Below the pieces are notes generated by a model. It ran no database searches. It was not told where the DNA came from and was given only the letters and a program-made list of their open reading frames with translations. The position numbers and the translations under genes are program-made. Source: an uncultured Bacilli bacterium (lineage in GTDB: Bacteria; Bacillota_I; Bacilli_A; RF39; UBA660). Taken from it: 64,000 nucleotides of DNA. The stretch covers positions 23,504 to 87,503 of the forward strand of contig CAKONZ010000006.1 of NCBI GenBank assembly GCA_934098525.1. The letters are read 5' to 3'. The number at the start of each line of letters is the position of its first letter. Position 1 is the first letter of the stretch. Of this stretch, positions 18,145-26,335 are shown piece after piece.

Positions 18145-19581
18145 TTACTCCTTTATTTTATTTAAAGTATTTTCCACTACTTTTATATCAGATTCATAAT
18201 AAACATATTTATTATTTATTAATTGATATTCTTCGTCACCTTTTCCTAGTACCGCTACTAAGTCATTTTCATCTGATGTTTCAATGGCTTTTTCAATAGC
18301 AGTTTTTCTATCTATTATTATTTCATATGGCTTATTGTATTTTTCTATGTATTTGCTAATTTCTTTACATATTTCATTAGGATCTTTAGTTTGAGGATCT
18401 TCACTAGTTAAATATATATAATCAGCATATAAGCCTGCTAGAGTACCCATTTCTTCTCTTCTATTTATTCCTCTATCACCAGGACAACCAAATACTACTT
18501 TTATTTTTTTGTTTTTGAAATCTTCTTTTACTGATTTATAAAAGTTTTCAGCACTTAAAGCATTATGTGCATAATCCACTATTACTGTTGTGTTTGATTT
18601 GAATATGTTCATTCTTCCTAATACTTTTGTTTCTTCTAAACCTTTTTTAATGTCTTTATAATCTATATTTAATTCTTTAGCAATTGCTATGGCACATAAG
18701 GCATTTATTATATTAAAGTTACCTAACATATTAATATGATAAGTTTCTTCTTTATTACTTATTACAGTAAATGTTATACCATTTTCTTTTACAATATCTT
18801 TTACATAATAATTGCAGTCTTTAGTAAAACCAAATGTTATTATTTCTTTGTCTTTTACTTCTTTAACAATTTCTTCATATCGTGGTTCTTGTCTATATAT
18901 GAATACTTTTTTACATTTTTTTAAGAAATTAAGTTTACAACTAAAATAGTCATTAAAATCTTTATGTTCTAATTCAGATATATGATCTAATCCTATGTTT
19001 AAAAATGCTCCAATATCAAATGACATACCAAATATTCTATTTTGTTTTTCAGCTTGTGATGATACTTCCATACACATATATTTAATATTACTTTCTTGCA
19101 TTTCATTTAAATACTTATGTAGGTCTATACTTTCTGGGGTTGTATTATGTGATTCTTCATGTCTTTTTCCAGTATATAAGTCTATAGTTGAAATATATCC
19201 GGTTTTTGATTTTGTATAGTTGTTTAAGATATTATGAATAAATGTTGTTGTTGTTGTTTTTCCTTTGGTACCTGTTACTGCTATTTTAAATAAATTGTCT
19301 GGAAAGAATTTGGCACTTAAAATAGCCATAGTTTTTCTGATATCTGATACTAAAATATAGGGAATATCTACATTATATTTTATTTCTGATATATAACAAT
19401 TAACACCTTTTTTTATTGATTCTTTTAGATATTCTTCTTTAAATGTTATACCTTTACATATAAATAGTGTATTTTCTTTTATATCTTTTGAGTTACATGA
19501 AAGATATGAGAAGTTTGTATCTATATTACTACTATCTATTACATATTCTTTTATTGCTTTTAAAACATTTTTATATTCCAT
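18145..19581 (-). CDS. murE: UDP-N-acetylmuramoyl-L-alanyl-D-glutamate ligase MurE (third-residue amino acid uncertain)
   Basis: VTGTKGKTTTTT P-loop and Mur ligase architecture. The DNPR position reads EDPQ. Confidence 0.9.
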   Translation of the reverse strand: MEYKNVLKAIKEYVIDSSNIDTNFSYLSCNSKDIKENTLFICKGITFKEEYLKESIKKGVNCYISEIKYNVDIPYILVSDIRKTMAILSAKFFPDNLFKIAVTGTKGKTTTTTFIHNILNNYTKSKTGYISTIDLYTGKRHEESHNTTPESIDLHKYLNEMQESNIKYMCMEVSSQAEKQNRIFGMSFDIGAFLNIGLDHISELEHKDFNDYFSCKLNFLKKCKKVFIYRQEPRYEEIVKEVKDKEIITFGFTKDCNYYVKDIVKENGITFTVISNKEETYHINMLGNFNIINALCAIAIAKELNIDYKDIKKGLEETKVLGRMNIFKSNTTVIVDYAHNALSAENFYKSVKEDFKNKKIKVVFGCPGDRGINRREEMGTLAGLYADYIYLTSEDPQTKDPNEICKEISKYIEKYNKPYEIIIDRKTAIEKAIETSDENDLVAVLGKGDEEYQLINNKYVYYESDIKVVENTLNKIKE

Positions 19582-19583
19582 AA

Positions 19584-20492
19584 TTATTCTCCTTTTATTT
19601 TTTTACTATTTCTGGGATGAGATTTAAAATACACATTTCTTAAACCTTCATTTGTGATATGAGTATATATCTGTGTTGCTTTTAAGGATTCATGCCCTAG
19701 TAATTCTTGTACACTTAGTATATCACAACCTTCATTTAATAGATGGGTTGCAAATGTATGTCTTAGGGTATGGGGAGATATTTTTGTATCTAATGATGAT
19801 TTATCTATTATATCATTTATTATTAAACGAATTCCACGTGATGTAAGTTTGGTACCATTATGATTTAATAATAAATATTCTATATTTTTTTTGTTATTTA
19901 ATAATATGGGACGAGATTTTTCTATATATAATTTTAGGTATTTTTTAGCACAATCAGTAAAATAACAGATTCTTTCTTTGTTTCCTTTTCCTAATATTTT
20001 AATAGTTTCTTCATTAAAATTTATATCTTTAATTTCAATATTTTCTAATTCTCCTACTCTCATACCTGTAGCGTATAGTAATTCTAATATTAAACGATTT
20101 CTAATTCCTAATGGGGTATTTAGATCAGGTACTTTAAATAATACTTCTAGTTCATTATAATATAAAAATTTTGGTAATTTTTGATCTTTTTTGGGAGAAG
20201 ACACTAAGGAAAAAGGATTATATGATATATAGTTATTTCTTGCTAGATATTTATAAAATGATCTAATGGCACTAATCTTTCTAGATATTGTGTTTTTTGA
20301 GTATTTATTTTCATCTAGAAAGTTAAAAAAAGTTCTTATGTCTTTATATTCAATTTTGGTATAATCAAGATTTTCTTTTTCTAAATATGATTTAAAAAAT
20401 ATTAAATCTTCATTATAGTTTTCAATTGTATAGTTTGAATAATTTCTTTGAACTTTTAAATATTTTAAATAATCATCTATTTTATCTTTCAT
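19584..20492 (-). CDS. Tyrosine recombinase, XerC/XerD type
   Basis: N-terminal SAM-like domain (YLKVQRNYSNYTIENYNEDL). Catalytic region has ATGMRVGE...HTLRHTFATHLL...LLGHESLKATQIYTH. Confidence 0.85.
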   Translation of the reverse strand: MKDKIDDYLKYLKVQRNYSNYTIENYNEDLIFFKSYLEKENLDYTKIEYKDIRTFFNFLDENKYSKNTISRKISAIRSFYKYLARNNYISYNPFSLVSSPKKDQKLPKFLYYNELEVLFKVPDLNTPLGIRNRLILELLYATGMRVGELENIEIKDINFNEETIKILGKGNKERICYFTDCAKKYLKLYIEKSRPILLNNKKNIEYLLLNHNGTKLTSRGIRLIINDIIDKSSLDTKISPHTLRHTFATHLLNEGCDILSVQELLGHESLKATQIYTHITNEGLRNVYFKSHPRNSKKIKGE

Positions 20493-20496
20493 ATTA

Positions 20497-21087
20497 TCAC
20501 TTTATTTTATCTATTTTTAATACTTTTTTAAGGTAACATTCTCCACAAAGGGATTCATATGAAGCATCTATTCCATCTATTGCTACTTCTTGTCCTTCAA
20601 TGGTATATTCATTGTTTATTAATCTAGCATTAAATTTAGCTTTTTTACCACAACTACAAATTGTTACCATTTCTTCTAATTCATCTGAATATTCTAATAA
20701 TGCTTTGGATCCTTCAAAAAGTTTAGCTTGAAATGATGCTTTTAATCCATAACAAATTACTGGAATATTATATATTTTAGTAATAGCCCATAGTTCTTTT
20801 ACTTGTTCTTGTTTTAAGAATTGTGCTTCATCTACTAAAATACATGATATTTTATCAAGATTATCTAAGTTATATTTATTAGACAATAATTCATTAGGAG
20901 AAAGTAGGATATCTACTTTTCTTTCAATATTTAATCTTGATACTACTTTGTCATCACCCTTTTTATCAATTTCTGGTTTTATAAGGACTACATTCATTCC
21001 TTTTTCTTCATAATTGTGAGCAACTTGTAATAAAGATGTAGTCTTTCCACAATTCATTGCTCCATATCTAAAATATAATTTTGCCAT
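20497..21087 (-). CDS. tdk: Thymidine kinase
   Basis: GAMNCGKTT P-loop, VDEAQF, and a C-terminal Cys4 (CSCGKKA...CGECY). Confidence 0.9.
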   Translation of the reverse strand: MAKLYFRYGAMNCGKTTSLLQVAHNYEEKGMNVVLIKPEIDKKGDDKVVSRLNIERKVDILLSPNELLSNKYNLDNLDKISCILVDEAQFLKQEQVKELWAITKIYNIPVICYGLKASFQAKLFEGSKALLEYSDELEEMVTICSCGKKAKFNARLINNEYTIEGQEVAIDGIDASYESLCGECYLKKVLKIDKIK

Positions 21088-21121
21088 AATATACTACCTC
21101 TAAGATAATTCTATCACAATA

Positions 21122-21147
21122 AAAAGATACCTTACAAGGTATCTTTT
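21122..21147 (-). terminator. Terminator downstream of LRR paralogue A
   Basis: AAAAGATACCTT-ACA-AGGTATCTTTT hairpin with a T-run on the minus strand. Confidence 0.65.
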
Positions 21148-21172
21148 AAATTATTTAATATTTATTTGTTTT

Positions 21173-23617
21173 TTAACTTGCTGTTATACTTACACCATTA
21201 TATGTATATGGTGGAAGATGTGTGGTTGAATCACTTCCGCCTAAAATTTCGCCCCATCTAAATGATGTGGTTCCTGGATATATTATGCTTGTCAAATCAG
21301 GGTTTGAATCATCTTTTTTATAGAATGCATTGCTACTAAGCTCTGTTACAGTACTTGGTAGTTTTACAGTTGTTAATCTATTATTTTTAAAAACATCATT
21401 ACTTATTTTTGTTAAGCTTGTATTGCTTAAGTCTAATTCTTTTAGTTTGCAACCTGAGAATGCACTATCATAAATAGCATTTAAAGTCGTTGGAAAACTT
21501 GCTGATGTTATTTTATTACCAAAAAATGCTTTACTATAAATTTTTGTCGCCTTAGTATTACTTAAATCTAATGATGTTAGTTTATTGTTTGCGAAACCAC
21601 CTATTATTTCTACTGAATCTGGTAATTTTAAGCTTGTAATTTGATTATTTGAGAAGGCACCGTATTCAACTAAATCATCACCTTTAATACGTTTAAGATT
21701 TGTTAGATAACTTAAATCAAGCTTTGTTAATTTATTTTTAGTAAAGGCATCAAATTCTAATTCTGTAACTGAGATTGGTAATTTTATACTTGTTATTTGA
21801 TTATTTTGAAATCCTCCGATAAAGGTTAGATTTGTATATGGGCTTAAATCTACTGATGTTAATTTATTGTATGAAAATGTATCACTATAAATTGTTGTTA
21901 TTGATAAAGGTAATTTTATATCCGAGATGTTGTTGTTATAAAAAGTATCACTTAACAACACTTCTACTTTAGTGTTACTTAAATCTACTGATAATAATTT
22001 ATTTCTTGCAAATGCTCCATAGCCTATTGTATCAAGACTATCAGGAAAGTTTACTTTTCCTATTTTGTTTTCATAAAATGCATCATTGCCTATTGAAGTT
22101 AAGGAATTAGGTAATTTTAATGATGATATATTATTTTTATAAAAAGCACAATCACCTATTTTTGTTATTGTATTTGGTAATGTTAAAGTTTCTATACCTT
22201 TTTCAGAGAATACACCTTTAAGGTTGTCTATGTTACCATCTTTTATCTCTGTTATGTTTTTATCACTTAAATCTAGACGTTTCATACTACCACAATTATA
22301 TCCAGTTAAAGTTGTTTTTTCCATAGTAAGACATGTATCTGGTAAATGACCATTTGCATCTACTAATAAGTCAATTGAATTACCATCAAATGTATTTGTT
22401 CCTACTAAAGATATTGTTTCTGGTAATATTAGTGTTTTTATATTTTTATTTTGAAAATCTGTTGTGTCTATAGATGTTATATTATAATCTTTATATTCTG
22501 TGTGTTCTGGTATTGTTTTTGTTTCTACATTCATGGTAAATATTTTTGAATATATTGCATATTCTTCACTACTTGGATCTTGTAATACATTATATATATC
22601 TGCAACTTGAGAGCCTAGTTCTTCATCATCGGTTTCATTTATATCTCTGCCAATATAGGAATCAAATAAATCTGTTATTCCTTTAAGGCCTTCTTTTGCT
22701 TCTGCTATTACTTGTTCATCTGTTAAGTTATTTGCTGTTAAATAATCTTCATATGTTTGTCCTTCTTCTAAAAGGTCACTTTTATACTGGTTAATCCATG
22801 CTTCTTCATTTGCTGTATAACTATTTAAAATTTGCTTTGTTTCACCTGGTATTAATGTTTTTGATGTATATGTACTAGGTATTACTAGGTTTGTTGCACT
22901 ACAAGTTGATGAGAACCCTGTTATTTTTTTGCCACCATTTCCATCATCTTCATAAGCAAAACAAGCTGGATCTGTTGTGTATCCTACGTATTTTGTATCA
23001 CTATTTATATTTACTGTGAATTTGTATTGATATGTGATTGTTCCATCCCAAGTTGATGCATCAGTATCAAAATCTATCCATGCTCTTAATCTATAAGTAG
23101 TTGATATTGTTTCGTTGCCATTTTTATGAGCATTTAGTTTGTATGCTATTTTTGTTGCATTTTCTCTATATAGTGAGTTTCCTAATTCTGATATTTTGGT
23201 AGGAGCAGTTACCGCTACTTCTTGCCCGTCTTCTACTCTTGTTAGGTATACTTTTATATTTTCTTCTGGAAGGGGTTGTTTTCCTTCTTCAACCTGTTTT
23301 GATGAAATATTTATTTCATATGGTATTTGTATTCCTAATGAATCGGTAGCACTTGTTTTAGCACTTGATGTTACTGTAAATTCAAAGTAGTTTGGATCAT
23401 TCATTCCCTCTTCATCATGTTTAGGTAATGCTTTGTCTAGAACATAACTATTTGATTGTTCTATGTATGTCATTGTTACTTGTCCTGATTTTACTGTATT
23501 ATCATTTGCATTTGATGTATAGTTAAATACTGCATATGTTAATCCAGATATTATAAGTACAAATACTATTACAAGTATTGACATGATTATTGGTTTTTTA
23601 TAACCTTTATTTTCCAT
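21173..23617 (-). CDS. LRR surface protein, paralogue A (TasA-like N-terminal region + BspA-type LRR array)
   Basis: 814 aa from MENKGYKK. Start set at ATG 23617 by homology with paralogue B, which starts there. It has a hydrophobic N-terminus, a ~210-aa conserved domain, ~22-24-aa LRRs (LDLSNTK..I...AF..NK......LP) and the cap SIIYPGTT..W...YNGVSITAS. Confidence 0.75.
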   Translation of the reverse strand: MENKGYKKPIIMSILVIVFVLIISGLTYAVFNYTSNANDNTVKSGQVTMTYIEQSNSYVLDKALPKHDEEGMNDPNYFEFTVTSSAKTSATDSLGIQIPYEINISSKQVEEGKQPLPEENIKVYLTRVEDGQEVAVTAPTKISELGNSLYRENATKIAYKLNAHKNGNETISTTYRLRAWIDFDTDASTWDGTITYQYKFTVNINSDTKYVGYTTDPACFAYEDDGNGGKKITGFSSTCSATNLVIPSTYTSKTLIPGETKQILNSYTANEEAWINQYKSDLLEEGQTYEDYLTANNLTDEQVIAEAKEGLKGITDLFDSYIGRDINETDDEELGSQVADIYNVLQDPSSEEYAIYSKIFTMNVETKTIPEHTEYKDYNITSIDTTDFQNKNIKTLILPETISLVGTNTFDGNSIDLLVDANGHLPDTCLTMEKTTLTGYNCGSMKRLDLSDKNITEIKDGNIDNLKGVFSEKGIETLTLPNTITKIGDCAFYKNNISSLKLPNSLTSIGNDAFYENKIGKVNFPDSLDTIGYGAFARNKLLSVDLSNTKVEVLLSDTFYNNNISDIKLPLSITTIYSDTFSYNKLTSVDLSPYTNLTFIGGFQNNQITSIKLPISVTELEFDAFTKNKLTKLDLSYLTNLKRIKGDDLVEYGAFSNNQITSLKLPDSVEIIGGFANNKLTSLDLSNTKATKIYSKAFFGNKITSASFPTTLNAIYDSAFSGCKLKELDLSNTSLTKISNDVFKNNRLTTVKLPSTVTELSSNAFYKKDDSNPDLTSIIYPGTTSFRWGEILGGSDSTTHLPPYTYNGVSITAS

Positions 23618-23642
23618 ATTTTCACATCCTATCATAATATAT

Positions 23643-23671
23643 ATTTTATCTTTTTTTTATGTTTTTTACAA
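23643..23671 (-). promoter_or_regulatory. Conserved promoter of LRR paralogue A
   Basis: Minus strand: TTGTAA, 17 nt (aaaacatAAAAAAAAga), TAAAAT. The same architecture sits in front of all four paralogues. Confidence 0.5.
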
Positions 23672-23674
23672 TAT

Positions 23675-23714
23675 AAAAATACTTTTTAAACTTTTGTCTA
23701 TAAGTAGTATTTTT
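23675..23714 (-). terminator. Possible terminator downstream of LRR paralogue B
   Basis: AAAAATACT...AGTATTTTT stem with a large internal loop. A near-identical module occurs at 26285-26328. Confidence 0.35.
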
Positions 23715-23718
23715 ATTT

Positions 23719-26226
23719 TTAACTTGCTGTTATACTTACATCATTATATTTGCATGGTACTGGGTCAGTATTTTCATATATATAATTTGTTATAGCTTTT
23801 AACCATGTTAGCTTTGTTGTTCCTGGATATATTATACTTGTTAAACTAGGGTTTGAAGTAGTTGTTTTATAGAAAGTCCTTCTGTTAATAGATGTTACAG
23901 TGGCTGGTAATTTTACAGTTGTTAGTTTATTATTTTCAAAAGCAAATGCTCCGATAGTTTCTAGATTTGTATTGCTTAAATCTACTGATGTTAAGTCATT
24001 ATTATAGAAAGTCCTGTCATTTATTTTTTTTAGTGTGTTTGGTAATTTTAATTGTTTCATTTTATTAGCAGCAAATTCAGAAATCATTGTTATTTTAGTG
24101 TTACTTAAATCTAAATTTTCTAGTTTATTTCCAATAAATCCCGATATATTTGTTATTGTCTCTGGTAGTTTCAATTCACTTATTTGATTGTCTGAGAATG
24201 TTCCATCAGATATATAAGTAATTTTAGTATTACTTAAATCTACTGATGTTAATTTATTGCTTGAAAACGAATCTTTTAAAATGAATTTTAATGTGTCAGG
24301 AAATTTTACTTCTTTTATTTTATTGTTTTGAAATGCAGATTGTTCTATTGAAGTAATTCTTGTATTAGTTAAGTCAAGTGATGTTAAATCGTTGTTTTTA
24401 AAACCACCAATATTATATAGTGTTGATGGTAATTTTAACTCACTTATTTCATTGTATTCAAATCCATCTAAGTTTTCTAATTCTATATTGCTTAAATCTA
24501 GTTTTTCTAACTTGTTATTACTAAATGCTGCATTGGAAATTGTTTGTAATGTTTTTGGAAATTTTAAAGCCTTTATTTTATTATTCATAAAAGCTTTAGA
24601 ATCAATACTATAAAGGTTTTTATATTTAGTTAAATCAAGTGATGTTAAATTATTGTTAGCAAAAGATGATTCTCCAATCGATTTTATATTACTTGATAAT
24701 TTTAAGCTTGATATATTATTATCTTTAAATACTGCATTTGCCATATAGGTAACTTTAGTATTTGAAAAATCTACTGATGTTAAATTATTATTTGATAAAG
24801 AACCGGCAAGAGAATCTGCATTGTCTGAAAAGATAATTGTTTTTAGAGCACTATTGGTAATATTTGCTGCAAAGACAGTATAATCTAAATTACTTGTATC
24901 TATACTAGTCATTCCTGTACATTTGAAGTTATTAAATTCTACCCATTCTTCACCCAAATCGTTAGATTGCTTTTCGATATTATAACAAGATTTAGGTAAT
25001 GCACCATCTTCATCTATTAATAAATCTATTGCATTTTCTATAAATGTGTCATCCCTTGTTAAATTGATATTTTTAGGTAAAACGATTGTTTTTATACCTC
25101 TATTTTGAAAGTCAGTTGTATTGATTGCAGTTATCTTTTTTACTGCTTCTTTTATTGATTTTTCTTCTACTGTAAGTGATAAGAATTTTTTATAAATTTT
25201 GCCATCTTCACTTGTTTCGTCATTCATTTCTGTATATATTCTTTCTAAAAGTGTTCCTGTTATATCTTTATTTAATAATGTTTCTAGTTCTAATTCTTGT
25301 ATAAAGTTGTTATATTCATTTTTTGCATCAGTAACAAATTGTTCATCTGTTAAGTTGTTTTCCTTTAAGTAATCTTCATATGTTTGTCCTTCGTCTGGTG
25401 TACTTTCTTTTACATATTTTATAAAATTATTTTCATCAGCTGTGTAACTTGTTAATACTTTGCCTACTTTTGATGCTGAATAAGAAGAAGGAATTACAAG
25501 ATTTGTTGCATCACAAGAAGAGCTAAAACCTGTTATTGTTGTATCATCAAAAGTAAAACATGAAGGATCGGTTGTATATCCTACATATTTTGTATCACTA
25601 TTTATATTTACTGTAAATTTGTATTGATAAACATCATTATTATCCCAATTTGAGATATCTGTATCATAGTCTATCCATGCTCTTAATCTATAAGTTGTTG
25701 TAATTGTTTCATTGCCATTTTTATGAGCATTTAGTTTGTATGCTATTTTTGTAGCGTTTGTTCTGTATAAAGAATTACCTAAATCAGAAACTTTTATAGG
25801 AGATACTACTGATATTTCTTTACCATTTTCTACTTTTGTTAAATATACTTTTATATTTTCATCTGTTAAAGCTTTTTTATCGCTATCAATACTTTTTTTT
25901 GACATATTTATTTCATAAGGAATTTGTACTCCTATTGTATCAGTTATATTAGTTTTAACATTAGATGTGACTTTAAATTCAAAATAATTATCTTCTATTA
26001 TTGCCTCATTGTCATCTTTTGGTAATGCATTATCTACTACATAACTATTAGATTGTTCTGAGTATGTCATTGTTACTTGACCTGATTTTATTGTATTATT
26101 GTCATTAATACTTGAATTTGAATATATAAATACTGTATATGTAATACCTGTTGCTATAAGTATTAATGATAATACAAATAATAATAAAAGCATTGTCTTT
26201 CTATTTTCTTTTTTATTTTTTTCCAT
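23719..26226 (-). CDS. LRR surface protein, paralogue B
   Basis: 835 aa with the same architecture as A. Its N-terminus is closest to paralogue D. Confidence 0.75.
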   Translation of the reverse strand: MEKNKKENRKTMLLLLFVLSLILIATGITYTVFIYSNSSINDNNTIKSGQVTMTYSEQSNSYVVDNALPKDDNEAIIEDNYFEFKVTSNVKTNITDTIGVQIPYEINMSKKSIDSDKKALTDENIKVYLTKVENGKEISVVSPIKVSDLGNSLYRTNATKIAYKLNAHKNGNETITTTYRLRAWIDYDTDISNWDNNDVYQYKFTVNINSDTKYVGYTTDPSCFTFDDTTITGFSSSCDATNLVIPSSYSASKVGKVLTSYTADENNFIKYVKESTPDEGQTYEDYLKENNLTDEQFVTDAKNEYNNFIQELELETLLNKDITGTLLERIYTEMNDETSEDGKIYKKFLSLTVEEKSIKEAVKKITAINTTDFQNRGIKTIVLPKNINLTRDDTFIENAIDLLIDEDGALPKSCYNIEKQSNDLGEEWVEFNNFKCTGMTSIDTSNLDYTVFAANITNSALKTIIFSDNADSLAGSLSNNNLTSVDFSNTKVTYMANAVFKDNNISSLKLSSNIKSIGESSFANNNLTSLDLTKYKNLYSIDSKAFMNNKIKALKFPKTLQTISNAAFSNNKLEKLDLSNIELENLDGFEYNEISELKLPSTLYNIGGFKNNDLTSLDLTNTRITSIEQSAFQNNKIKEVKFPDTLKFILKDSFSSNKLTSVDLSNTKITYISDGTFSDNQISELKLPETITNISGFIGNKLENLDLSNTKITMISEFAANKMKQLKLPNTLKKINDRTFYNNDLTSVDLSNTNLETIGAFAFENNKLTTVKLPATVTSINRRTFYKTTTSNPSLTSIIYPGTTKLTWLKAITNYIYENTDPVPCKYNDVSITAS

Positions 26227-26252
26227 ATTGTCACATCCTACTATATATTTAT

Positions 26253-26281
26253 ATTTTATAATTTTTTTATATTTTTTACAA
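26253..26281 (-). promoter_or_regulatory. Conserved promoter of LRR paralogue B
   Basis: TTGTAA, 17 nt (aaaatatAAAAAAAtta), TAAAAT. Confidence 0.5.
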
Positions 26282-26284
26282 TAT

Positions 26285-26328
26285 AAAAATACTACTTTTT
26301 AAACTTTCGTCTATAAGTAGTATTATTT
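26285..26328 (-). terminator. Possible terminator downstream of LRR paralogue C
   Basis: AATACTAC...GTAGTATT stem, homologous to 23675-23714. Confidence 0.35.
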
Positions 26329-26335
26329 ATTATTT

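Noticed and set aside
19584-20492. The tyrosine recombinase as a dedicated invertase or shufflon recombinase for the neighbouring LRR array
   Set aside because: It has full XerC/XerD-type architecture and sits in the murE-xer-tdk housekeeping context. All four LRR promoters point the same way, and no inverted repeats flank any promoter or gene segment. Variation, if any, is more likely by homologous recombination or slippage.
23618-23635. Conserved MIGCEN N-terminal extension of LRR paralogues A, C and D in the ORF track
   Set aside because: Paralogue B starts at the downstream ATG. The conserved upstream bases (taggatgtga.aat) act as the ribosome-binding region. The extension would add six non-signal residues in front of the basic/hydrophobic N-terminus. 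Starts were therefore moved to 23617, 28309 and 60970.
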